Source: Candidatus Cloacimonadota bacterium
GTDB lineage: Bacteria > Cloacimonadota > Cloacimonadia > JGIOTU-2
Assembly (NCBI GenBank): GCA_049903315.1
Contig: JBNGBT010000002.1
Span: 32,001-96,000, forward strand
Reading direction: 5' to 3'
DNA length: 64,000 nucleotides
The notes under the pieces were generated by a model. That model was not told where the DNA came from and did not search any database. It was given only the letters and a program-made list of their open reading frames with translations. The translations under genes and the position numbers were made by a program. The number at the start of each line of letters is the position of its first letter. Position 1 is the stretch's first letter. Of the stretch, positions 30,028 to 38,724 are shown one piece after another.

Positions 30028-30070
30028 TATACTGCTTAAAATTTCATATACCGCGGATTTAAGCAGTATA
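30028..30070. repeat. Perfect 13-bp inverted repeat next to the cassette crossover site (possible attI-like site)
   Basis: TATACTGCTTAAA-N17-TTTAAGCAGTATA. Confidence 0.7.
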
Positions 30071-30276
30071 TGAGATATACTTTAACAAGATCATAAGTAC
30101 ATCTTCCTCTCTTATTCATTATCATCTTTCTAAATTCTCATTTTGTAATTAGCTTATGTTGGTATAAATTAAGTTCAATCTTTTTTGTCAAATTATTATA
30201 AAAACCATTTTTGGATACTCCTAAAAAATTTTCAGAATGAAATCAAAAAGGAACAAGATCCCAGTCCCTAAGAGGG

Positions 30277-31077
30277 TCAGTATTTTTTTTGAAAAAAGTT
30301 CGTAACAATTTCTGCAAATACTTTGGGTTGTTCCATGTGGATGGAATGAGCTGCATTGTCAATTGTCAGGAATTTAGTATTTAGAATTTTATTCAGGGAG
30401 CGTTGGGAGAATTCAGGTGAGAACAAAAGGTCTTCTCTGCCGTTGATTATTATAGTGTATGCTGAAATCTTTATAAGCTTATTGGAACAATCGAAATCAA
30501 TTATAGCTTCTACCTGGTTCTTGAAAGCAGTAGCAGTTTGAGGGAATGGATAATTTAAAGCATACAAAACGGCTTCTTTTACCTGCTGTTCGTTTTCAAA
30601 AAATGCATCTGTGAATAACCATGTAAACAAGTTCTTGAACCAAATATTCATATCTATGCCTGAAGAAAGGCTTTCAGCCAAGTTGAAAAGCAGGAATTCA
30701 TTGCGTTTTGATATTTTGGCTGCAGTTCCAGCTAATACTAATTTATCGACGGCTTTGGGATAACGGATTGCCAAATCCAGTGATATCAATCCACCCATCG
30801 AGTGCCCCAAAACATTGAATGAAGTAATGCCAAGATGATCGGCAAGCTGTTTACAGTCATCAGCAATTTGCTTAATGCAGAGTTTGACGTTCATTGGTTT
30901 AGTTCTGCCACAACCTCTGTTATCGGGAGTAATAACGCAAAAATGACGGGCAAGTTCCGGTAGGATTGGCAGCCAACTTTGACTATCACTTCCCAAACCA
31001 GCTATAAGCATCAAAGGCTCTCCTTGACCTTGCATTTCAAAATATAGTTCTATATCATCAAGTATTACAGTTGGCAT
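30277..31077 (-). CDS. Alpha/beta hydrolase
   Basis: PDNRGCG, GHSMGG nucleophile elbow, GRED, AAH. Confidence 0.92.
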   Translation of the reverse strand: MPTVILDDIELYFEMQGQGEPLMLIAGLGSDSQSWLPILPELARHFCVITPDNRGCGRTKPMNVKLCIKQIADDCKQLADHLGITSFNVLGHSMGGLISLDLAIRYPKAVDKLVLAGTAAKISKRNEFLLFNLAESLSSGIDMNIWFKNLFTWLFTDAFFENEQQVKEAVLYALNYPFPQTATAFKNQVEAIIDFDCSNKLIKISAYTIIINGREDLLFSPEFSQRSLNKILNTKFLTIDNAAHSIHMEQPKVFAEIVTNFFQKKY

Positions 31078-31282
31078 TTTTGTTTATTTGCTGAAAATTT
31101 TGATATCATATTAAATAGCAAAAACATTACGTTCTTCATGATTTCCCAATTGATTATTTACCTCTTTTCGACATTATCATCCTTTAAATCCTCATTATAT
31201 TTTTAGCTATTGTTGGTATAAATTTTATTCAATCTTTTTTGTCAAAAAATACGAAACCTGTACATACATATACGTAATACAT

Positions 31283-31894
31283 TTACTTAACTACCCAAAA
31301 ACCTTCTACTAATAATTTACTTTTTTCAAATATTTTTCCGTTAAATTTATCACCGGAATGAATATGTCCAACTCCTTTTGGCGTTCCGGTCATTATTACA
31401 TCACCATCATCAAATGAAAGAAAACTGAGAGCTTCATGTAATATTTCGTCCGGCTTATTCAGCATTAAATTAGAGCCGCCCTTCTGTACCAAATAGTCAT
31501 TTATATAGAGTTCCATTCTCAGATCACTCATAGCACCTCCATAAGTGACAAACTCACTAAATACCGCAGATTTATCAAAAGACTTAGCACGTTCCCACGG
31601 CAGACCCTTTGATTTCAAATGAGATTGAACCTCTCTCTTTGTAAGGTCCAATCCAAACCCCACACCTTTCAGTTTATGAGAATGTATGAGAAAGGAAATT
31701 TCACCCTCATAATGGATAAGATCATCTTTGCTGGAACAGATATCATGTGATATAGATGAATTTGGCTTAATAAATATGACCGGTTGCTCTGGTACTTCAT
31801 TATGAAGTTCTTCAATATGCTCTACATAATTTCTCCCTATGCATACGATCTTAGAAGGATACATTGCTTTGCCGTCAAATATGATTGAATTCAT
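31283..31894 (-). CDS. Fumarylacetoacetate hydrolase family protein
   Basis: KIVCIGRNYVEH, HYEGE, LDLTKR, GDVIMTGTPKGVG. Confidence 0.93.
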   Translation of the reverse strand: MNSIIFDGKAMYPSKIVCIGRNYVEHIEELHNEVPEQPVIFIKPNSSISHDICSSKDDLIHYEGEISFLIHSHKLKGVGFGLDLTKREVQSHLKSKGLPWERAKSFDKSAVFSEFVTYGGAMSDLRMELYINDYLVQKGGSNLMLNKPDEILHEALSFLSFDDGDVIMTGTPKGVGHIHSGDKFNGKIFEKSKLLVEGFWVVK

Positions 31895-31971
31895 TTTATT
31901 TACCTTGAGTTTTTATGCTTAGAAAATGAACTATATTCATACAATTTTAGAGATTCTTTTGTCAAATAATT

Positions 31972-32016
31972 ATGAAACCCATATATCTCGATTATAATGC
32001 AACCACACAGACCTAA
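31972..32016 (+). pseudogene. Remnant copy of the first 12 codons of nifS-selD (MKPIYLDYNATT)
   Basis: ATGAAACCCATATATCTCGATTATAATGCAAC nearly identical to 33261 onward; stop codon after 14 codons. Confidence 0.85.
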
Positions 32017-32035
32017 AAAATCTAAATTTCTCATC

Positions 32036-33067
32036 TTAGTTTATTAGTTCAAAATACTCAAATGGATTAATAAATGTTACATCATTTTGAATTAAAAAAT
32101 CAATAATATTCTTAAATTCTGAAAACCTATTTCCATCCCATGAATTTGGATGTATCTGTAAAGCAAGATAGAACTCTTGTGAATTATAATTATTTCGAAA
32201 TTGTAGGTAATCAGGATTATGCGTGGGAAACTCGATTTCTGCAAGCCGCGGTAAATTTAATCTTGAGAAATCTTCAGATCCAAAATACCATACTTTAATA
32301 TCATCTACATATTCAATTGCTATGAGTGTCGTATCTTCAAAGGCATTTCCTGGTGCACCAAAAGTATGCAAAGTAATACCTAATTTCTCTTGTGCTAAAT
32401 TCTGGGTCATGAGGAGATGTTCCTTTTGGTATTCAAGGGACGTGTTCCAAAATTCATTATAAGTCTCACCATCTTCATTTACACCATTTAGTATGTGATT
32501 ATAACCATGATTCCAGATTTCAAAATTGTCATTCTCAGCAAGATCCTTTAAATAAGAATAATATGCATTATTTCCTTTTTCAAGAGAATCTCCAATTAAA
32601 CCAAGACTCGCTTTAATATTTTTTGATTTAATATAATTAATAAATGATTGCCATTGTTCTGAGATAATATTTATCGAATTAAAACGAACATCATCAGCCT
32701 TTAAAAATATTAATTGTTTAAATATTAAAATTTCTGTGGAATTAGTATGAATATTATTATTTGAATCTTTTATTTCTACCTTAACTACTGCTGTACCTGT
32801 GAAGTCTGGTGCATAATATACTATTTTAGAACCTTTCATTTTTATATATCCGATATTTGTTGTCCATTTAGCAGCGCGACATGAATCAGTTCCTATTGGC
32901 ACACTAATTTCAATTGTTGTTGAATCTTGAATTCTAAGCAATTTATCATGTATATTAAATGAAATATCTGATTCATAAGCGGGAGAGTTAATTTGTTCTG
33001 TGCACTGATAAAATAAAAAAGTAATAACTAATAATATTAAAAGTCGGCTAATTTTTTTCATAATCAC
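32036..33067 (-). CDS. Probable lipoprotein with polysaccharide-deacetylase-like (CE4/DUF2334) domain
   Basis: FYQC lipobox-like end of signal; LKADD, EIWNHGYNH, FGAPGN; visibly very AT-rich. Confidence 0.7.
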   Translation of the reverse strand: MIMKKISRLLILLVITFLFYQCTEQINSPAYESDISFNIHDKLLRIQDSTTIEISVPIGTDSCRAAKWTTNIGYIKMKGSKIVYYAPDFTGTAVVKVEIKDSNNNIHTNSTEILIFKQLIFLKADDVRFNSINIISEQWQSFINYIKSKNIKASLGLIGDSLEKGNNAYYSYLKDLAENDNFEIWNHGYNHILNGVNEDGETYNEFWNTSLEYQKEHLLMTQNLAQEKLGITLHTFGAPGNAFEDTTLIAIEYVDDIKVWYFGSEDFSRLNLPRLAEIEFPTHNPDYLQFRNNYNSQEFYLALQIHPNSWDGNRFSEFKNIIDFLIQNDVTFINPFEYFELIN

Positions 33068-33260
33068 TTATTTGCTCAATCCTCTTCGCATGCATTAAAA
33101 AATTAAAATTTTATACAATATGAAGTTAAGATGTTTTTCTACATTTCTCATAGTATTATCCAGTAAAGTATCCTTTGGATAACATTATTATTCTTTAAAA
33201 TTCTCACTGTAAAATTTGCATTTATTGACACAATTTTCAAGAATCTTTTTGTCAAATATT

Positions 33261-35456
33261 ATGAAACCCATATATCTCGACTATAATGCAACTACGCCAC
33301 TTGCACCTGAGGTGGCGGAAGCAATGAATCCCTTTTTGGAGGAGTATTTCGGCAATCCGTCAAGCTCGCACTGGTATGGTGTGCAGACGCGTAAAGCAGT
33401 GGAAAAAGCACGCGCACAGGTTGCAGCACTCATTCATGCCAATTCGGATGAGATCATCTTTACAAGTGGTGGTTCGGAGTCAAATAACTTTGCGATCAAG
33501 GGTATCGCATATGCAAAGAAGTCTGTTGGCAATCATATTATTACTTCATCGATAGAGCATCCGGCAGTTGTTGAAGTGTGTGAGTATCTCAAATCACAGG
33601 GCTTTGAAATAACTTATATTCCTGTTGATGAGTACGGCGTGGTGAATCCCGATGATGTGGAAAGAGCAATAACTCCGCAGACAATTCTTATTTCCATCAT
33701 GCACGCCAACAACGAAGTAGGTACGATCCAACCGATACAAGAAATTGCTGAGATCGCGCATAAACATGAGATTATTATGCACACGGATGCAGCGCAGTCA
33801 ACTGGGAAAATTCCGGTTGATATGGATGAACTTGGCATAGATCTGCTTTCCATTGCAGGGCATAAACTTTACGGACCAAAAGGAATTGGAGCACTGTACA
33901 TACGGCGTGGTGTTAAACTCGAAAAGATCATCCACGGCGCAGATCATGAGCAGAATCTACGAGCTGGTACGGAGAATATTCTTTGCGATGTCGGACTGGG
34001 AAAAGCGTGCGAAATAGCTGGTCAAAACTTGCAGAAAAATATGCAACATATGAAAGAGATGAGGGACTTACTACATCAGAAAATAGAGGACTCCGGACTT
34101 GATTTTATTTTGAACGGACATCCAGAAAAACGGTTGCCGAATACACTCAGTCTCTCCTTCCGAAATGTTGAAGCAAATACGGTCCTTTCAGAACTTACAA
34201 ACGTTGCAGCTTCTGCAGGTGCAGCGTGCCATTCCGACCAGATCGATGTATCTGCGGTGCTGGAAGCAATGGATATACCGCTCGAATATGCAATGGGAAC
34301 AATACGCTTTTCAACCGGAAGGTTCACCACCAAGGATGATATCGAGAAGGCAGCGGAAGAAGTCATAAAAGTGATAATGAATTTCCAGGGAAAAGGTGAA
34401 GAAACAGTCTCCAAAGCAGGAGCTGAAATCAAACTTACTCACTACACACATGGCATGGGATGTGCCTGTAAGATCGAGCCGGCTTTGCTGGAAGATATAT
34501 TGAAGAACCTGCCGATTCCTGACGATCCAAAAATTTTAGTAGGCACACAAACTGCAGATGATGCTGCGGTGTATAAAATAAATGAGGAAACCGCACTTGT
34601 AGTCACACTCGATTTCTTCACACCCATTGCAGACGATCCATATGATTTCGGCGCAATCGCCGCATCTAATGCGTTGAGTGACATTTATGCGATGGGAGCA
34701 ACTCCTTTGTTTGGCTTGAATATCGTTGGATTTCCCTCGAACAGACTGCCGATGTCAGTGCTGGAAAAAATTCTACAGGGAGCGCAGAGTAAAGCACAGG
34801 AAGCAGGTATTTTTGTGATAGGCGGTCACACGATAGAGGATACTGAACCGAAATACGGCATGGTCGTCATCGGTAGTGTGCATCCCGAAAAAATATGGAA
34901 AAATATCGGTATGCAAAAGGATGATGTACTGATCTTTACTAAACCAATCGGCACGGGCATTCTTTCGACTGCATTAAAAAGAGGTTTGCTCGATGATGCA
35001 CAGAAGGATATGCTGATCTCGACAATGGCTGAGTTGAATAAAAAAGCTGCGGAGATTCTCCACAATTATGCTGTTCATGCCTGTACAGATGTAACTGGTT
35101 TCGGTCTACTCGGGCATCTCATGGAAATGGTACAGGGGAGCAATGTGGCAGTTGAGCTTAATGCAGAGAATGTGCCGGTTCTTGATGGCGTATTCGAACT
35201 GACAGCAGGAAATGTCATACCGGGTGGGACGCTCTCGAATATGAAGTATGTCGAACCAAGTGTTGAGTGGAGCTCGAAATTATCAAAGGTACAGAAAATT
35301 GTTCTTTGTGATGCGCAGACTTCTGGCGGATTACTCGCAGCAGTGGGGGAAAAAGTTGCACATGAAATTGTGCGAGAACTGCATGATGCAGGCATCACCC
35401 ATGCGCAGATTATAGGAAAGGTAATTGAGGGAAAGCCGATTATTAAAGTGGTGTAA
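33261..35456 (+). CDS. selD: Cysteine desulfurase/selenocysteine lyase (NifS-like) fused to selenophosphate synthetase
   Basis: N part IYLDYNATTP, FTSGGSES, HTDAAQ, AGHKLYGPKG, SAGAACHS; C part LTHYTHGMGCACK, DDAAVY, DFFTP, GGHT, TDVTGFGLLGH, DAQTSGGLL; one continuous frame. Confidence 0.95.
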   Translation: MKPIYLDYNATTPLAPEVAEAMNPFLEEYFGNPSSSHWYGVQTRKAVEKARAQVAALIHANSDEIIFTSGGSESNNFAIKGIAYAKKSVGNHIITSSIEHPAVVEVCEYLKSQGFEITYIPVDEYGVVNPDDVERAITPQTILISIMHANNEVGTIQPIQEIAEIAHKHEIIMHTDAAQSTGKIPVDMDELGIDLLSIAGHKLYGPKGIGALYIRRGVKLEKIIHGADHEQNLRAGTENILCDVGLGKACEIAGQNLQKNMQHMKEMRDLLHQKIEDSGLDFILNGHPEKRLPNTLSLSFRNVEANTVLSELTNVAASAGAACHSDQIDVSAVLEAMDIPLEYAMGTIRFSTGRFTTKDDIEKAAEEVIKVIMNFQGKGEETVSKAGAEIKLTHYTHGMGCACKIEPALLEDILKNLPIPDDPKILVGTQTADDAAVYKINEETALVVTLDFFTPIADDPYDFGAIAASNALSDIYAMGATPLFGLNIVGFPSNRLPMSVLEKILQGAQSKAQEAGIFVIGGHTIEDTEPKYGMVVIGSVHPEKIWKNIGMQKDDVLIFTKPIGTGILSTALKRGLLDDAQKDMLISTMAELNKKAAEILHNYAVHACTDVTGFGLLGHLMEMVQGSNVAVELNAENVPVLDGVFELTAGNVIPGGTLSNMKYVEPSVEWSSKLSKVQKIVLCDAQTSGGLLAAVGEKVAHEIVRELHDAGITHAQIIGKVIEGKPIIKVV

Positions 35457-35755
35457 TTTAACCACTGATTAACACGAATTGAAATCAATAAAGGAAATTC
35501 CCAAATGTATGATGAATCTCGCGATCGATTTCAAAATATTCAAGGATTCTGCCATGTAGCGCAAGATTCCGATTTATCAAGGCGTATTCCGGTTTACAGG
35601 AAGGAGACATATCTTGCGTATTCGACATCCATTTTCATTTCATTACACCGAGACAGGTCGGAATGTTAAGTTACTTCCCGCTGTAACGAGAAAACTAAGT
35701 GATTGCTTGACAACCTCACCTAAAAACCTAATCTATTTTCATATTCGGAGGTACA

Positions 35756-36793
35756 ATGAATAGTAAAAAATATATAAAGAGAGTTGTTGCATTGGCAGCA
35801 ACGCTAATCGCAGTATCTGCTGTATCACTTTCTGCGGATATTTTACTCTGGGATAATGATAACTACTCCACAATTGAAGATCCGGAAGGTGCTGGATATG
35901 TCGGATGTGAATATGCACTTGAAAAAGCATTCAATAACATGACTTTATCCTACACGACCTTAAGTTATCTGCCCACAAATCTGAGTGATTATGACATGTT
36001 GTTCATTACACTCGGTCACTGGTGCTTTGGTTGAGGAAGCACTCCTCCGGGCCAGGTTGGCTCAATCGAACAGCAGATGATCATCGATTTTATTGAATCC
36101 GGTAAATCGGTATATATAGAAGGCACAGATGTTGCTTCGGGTTTGCAGGGAACGTCACTTTTTGACTACTTTGGAAACTCATTTGACGGAGAGGGTGGCA
36201 ATATGAATGTGCAAGATCTTGCGGGTGTTCCGGGCTCGTTTGCTGATCCTATTATGGTTGATTATCAGTACTTTTCAGAATCAGATTATGGTGTGGATGA
36301 GCTTGGCGCAGCATCTGCAGGAATATGTGTCCAATCCCAGGATATGATTGGCAGAGTTACTTATTGGGACGGTCCTGATGGCACTTATAGAGCAATGATG
36401 AGCTCGATCCTGTTCGGTTCAATAATCGATGGAACAGGTAACAACAATAAAGCTGCACTCCTGAGCCGTTATTATTCCTTCATGAAAATTCCCCCTGTAA
36501 GTGTCGATCCGCCAAATTCACCATCAAATGACATTATTCTGCAAAATTATCCCAATCCATTCTCAGCTTCTACCTTGATTTCTTACTCAATCCCTCCCCA
36601 TCAAAATAATATTTCTCTCGAAATATTTGATATCAAAGGGAGAAAAATTAAAGAATTTTCTTCATTGCAACAGGACGGCACTATTGTCTGGGATGGTTCA
36701 GATCATTTCGGAAATAAAGTGTCTAATGGTATATATTTGTACAAATTCCGGGGAGTGGATAGTGACGTGCATAAAATGATGTATATAAAGTAA
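35756..36793 (+). CDS. Predicted exported selenoprotein (Sec at codon 93, CFGU) with sorting tail, 345 aa
   Basis: GGAGG RBS, signal peptide, ITLGHWCFG-TGA(36032-36034)-GSTPPGQ in frame with the 36077 ORF; NYPNPF...WDG...VSNGIYLYK tail; follows selD. Confidence 0.82.
36038..36062 (+). promoter_or_regulatory. Candidate SECIS hairpin (weak)
   Basis: AGC...CCT-CCGGGCC-AGG...GCT; shares CCGGGCC with the 11439 hairpin. Confidence 0.5.
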
Positions 36794-36815
36794 CTGAATT
36801 AGCTTTTTATTATAT

Positions 36816-36847
36816 GCCCTCAAATTATTATTTTTGAGGGCTTTTTT
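36816..36847 (+). terminator. Intrinsic terminator
   Basis: GCCCTCAAA-N8-TTTGAGGGC followed by TTTTTT. Confidence 0.85.
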
Positions 36848-36950
36848 ATTCTTATTAATTATAATAACTTATTTATATTATGTAATTTGTATAATATTTG
36901 ACAAGAAAACACGGTACTACGACTTTTTAACAAATTTCATGCAGTTCTTC

Positions 36951-36976
36951 GCTGGTTCTCCCAACCAGCATTTTTT
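36951..36976 (+). promoter_or_regulatory. rimP-leader-like hairpin with U tract
   Basis: GCTGGTT-CTCCC-AACCAGC-ATTTTTT between TTGACA (36898) and the rimP start. Confidence 0.6.
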
Positions 36977-36994
36977 GTATTTAGAAATGAGAGT

Positions 36995-37480
36995 ATGATA
37001 GATAAAAATGCACTAAAGAAAAGTATCGATCGCATCTGCGACGAAACAGGTTTTCAGCTTTATGACTGGAAACTGAAACGGAGAGGGAGCGCTCATAATC
37101 TGGTTATATATATTACAAAGCCAGTGGGCGTAACCCTTGATGATTGCGAGGTTTATAGCAGAATGCTTGGTGATGACCTGGACATGAACGATGTCATCGA
37201 AACCAGATATTATCTTGAAGTTTCTTCTCCGGGTTTGTCGCGTCCGCTTTTTACAATTGAACATTTTCAAAGTGCAGTTGGTGAGTTTGTGAAAATTACT
37301 TTTCTCAATGCTGAACGCAATCATGAAACGATACACGGAAATATCTCTGGTGTAGATGAGCAGATGATCACTCTCGCAAGCGAAAATGGAGAAGTGAGAT
37401 TGATCAATATATCCGATGTCCAAAAGGCAAAAACTATATTTGTGTGGCCCCGTACATCATCAAAAACTAAAAAGGAATAG
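36995..37480 (+). CDS. rimP: Ribosome maturation factor RimP
   Basis: GVTLDDC, YYLEVSSPGLSRPL; precedes nusA. Confidence 0.95.
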   Translation: MIDKNALKKSIDRICDETGFQLYDWKLKRRGSAHNLVIYITKPVGVTLDDCEVYSRMLGDDLDMNDVIETRYYLEVSSPGLSRPLFTIEHFQSAVGEFVKITFLNAERNHETIHGNISGVDEQMITLASENGEVRLINISDVQKAKTIFVWPRTSSKTKKE

Positions 37481-37488
37481 AGGTTATT

Positions 37489-38724
37489 ATGGCATTTAAT
37501 TTGATTTCTATTATTGAAGAATTTTCCCGACTGAAGCAGATCGATAGAGAAAAGATTGCTGAAATCATTAAAGAAAGTCTGGAATCCACTCTTCAAAAAA
37601 AGTTGTCTGAAGAGACTGAACTTGCCGTTGAAATTAATTTTGATGAAAGCGAAGTTGTCGCAAAATTCGATGCTGTCGTTGTTGAAGAACCTACAGGTTT
37701 CCTCGATGAAATAGTCCTTGAAGAAGCTCGTAAGATCAATCCCGAAGCAGAGCTCGGAGATATCATACCTCTTGAAATGCCGGTGTCTGATTTCGGGCGC
37801 AAGACAATACAGTCTGCACGGCAGGCAATTATAAATAGGTTTAGAGAATCCGAGACAGAAAAGGTCAAAGTCGACTATGAAAAGCAAAAGGGTGAGATCA
37901 TTTCCGGTGCGGTGAAGAAAGTAGAATATAACGGCTACATCATTGATATTGGATTTACCGATGCGCTTCTGCCAACAGAAGAACAGGTGGAAACCGAATT
38001 TTATAAAGCCAATGATTTTCTGAAAGCATATGTTGCAAGTATTCGTCAGTCAAAAAGCGGAGTGCGCGTAATCCTTTCCAGAAAGCGTCCCGAATTTATC
38101 ATAAAACTGTTCGAAAATGAAATACCGGAAATTGCTGACGGCATTGTCGTGATCAAAAAAATCGTCCGTGAACCGGGATTTAGAACCAAAGTTGCTGTTG
38201 CAAGCAATAACGAGAATGTCGATCCTTACGGCAGCTGCATCGGTTCTAAAGGAATCAGGATTGGGGAGATCCGTAAAGAGCTTAATGGTGAACAAGTCGA
38301 TATTGCTCTCTGGAGCGATAACCCTGAAGATTTTATACGAAATGCAGTTGGTCCCGAATTGGTAAAGCGAGTCTACCTGGCTGATAAGGGACGATTTGCT
38401 CAGATAATTGTGGATGAAGATAATAAAAATATTGCGATAGGCAAAGGCGGCAAGAATATCAAGCTTGCTGCAAAACTGACCAACTATAAATTGGATGTTC
38501 TTCTTGAAGAAGAGTATGAAGAGATCGCTGCAAATGAACGCCGTATTACGAGTCAAATCTTCGATCTCGACGGTGTCCATGAAAAAGTGGGTAAGATCCT
38601 TCATGAAGCAGGTTATACTTCTGTACAGGATATTCATCTTGCCACTGTGGAAGAGTTGACTCAGATTGAAGGCGTAGGCGTAAAAACTGCTGAAAAGATC
38701 AAAGAATCTGCGAAATATTTTTAA
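37489..38724 (+). CDS. nusA: Transcription factor NusA
   Basis: FGR..IQSARQ, LFENEIPEI, REPGFRTKVAV, AIGKGGKNIKLA. Confidence 0.97.
   Translation: MAFNLISIIEEFSRLKQIDREKIAEIIKESLESTLQKKLSEETELAVEINFDESEVVAKFDAVVVEEPTGFLDEIVLEEARKINPEAELGDIIPLEMPVSDFGRKTIQSARQAIINRFRESETEKVKVDYEKQKGEIISGAVKKVEYNGYIIDIGFTDALLPTEEQVETEFYKANDFLKAYVASIRQSKSGVRVILSRKRPEFIIKLFENEIPEIADGIVVIKKIVREPGFRTKVAVASNNENVDPYGSCIGSKGIRIGEIRKELNGEQVDIALWSDNPEDFIRNAVGPELVKRVYLADKGRFAQIIVDEDNKNIAIGKGGKNIKLAAKLTNYKLDVLLEEEYEEIAANERRITSQIFDLDGVHEKVGKILHEAGYTSVQDIHLATVEELTQIEGVGVKTAEKIKESAKYF

Noticed and set aside
33216..33260. TTG start for nifS-selD given in the ORF track
   Set aside because: Family similarity begins at MKPIYLDYNATTP (33261), and the extension overlaps promoter-like sequence
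34450..34472. SelD as a selenoprotein
   Set aside because: Active-site codons are TGT-GCC-TGT (Cys-Ala-Cys)
35457..35700. Possible ncRNA or riboswitch between selD and the CxxU gene
   Set aside because: Only scattered partial complementarity (GCGCAAGAT/ATCTTGCG); no family I can recognise, and it lies upstream of the likely promoter
11424..36034. Genome-wide UGA reassignment to Trp or Gly
   Set aside because: TGA ends many ordinary genes here (selA, selB, rbfA, ispD, ispF, several ATGA overlaps); read-through is limited to three redox motifs, and a tRNA-Sec with selA/selB is present
11322..36793. The three split genes as pseudogenes
   Set aside because: Three independent nonsense mutations, all TGA, all within CxxC-type motifs, with both halves intact and hairpins following, is very unlikely
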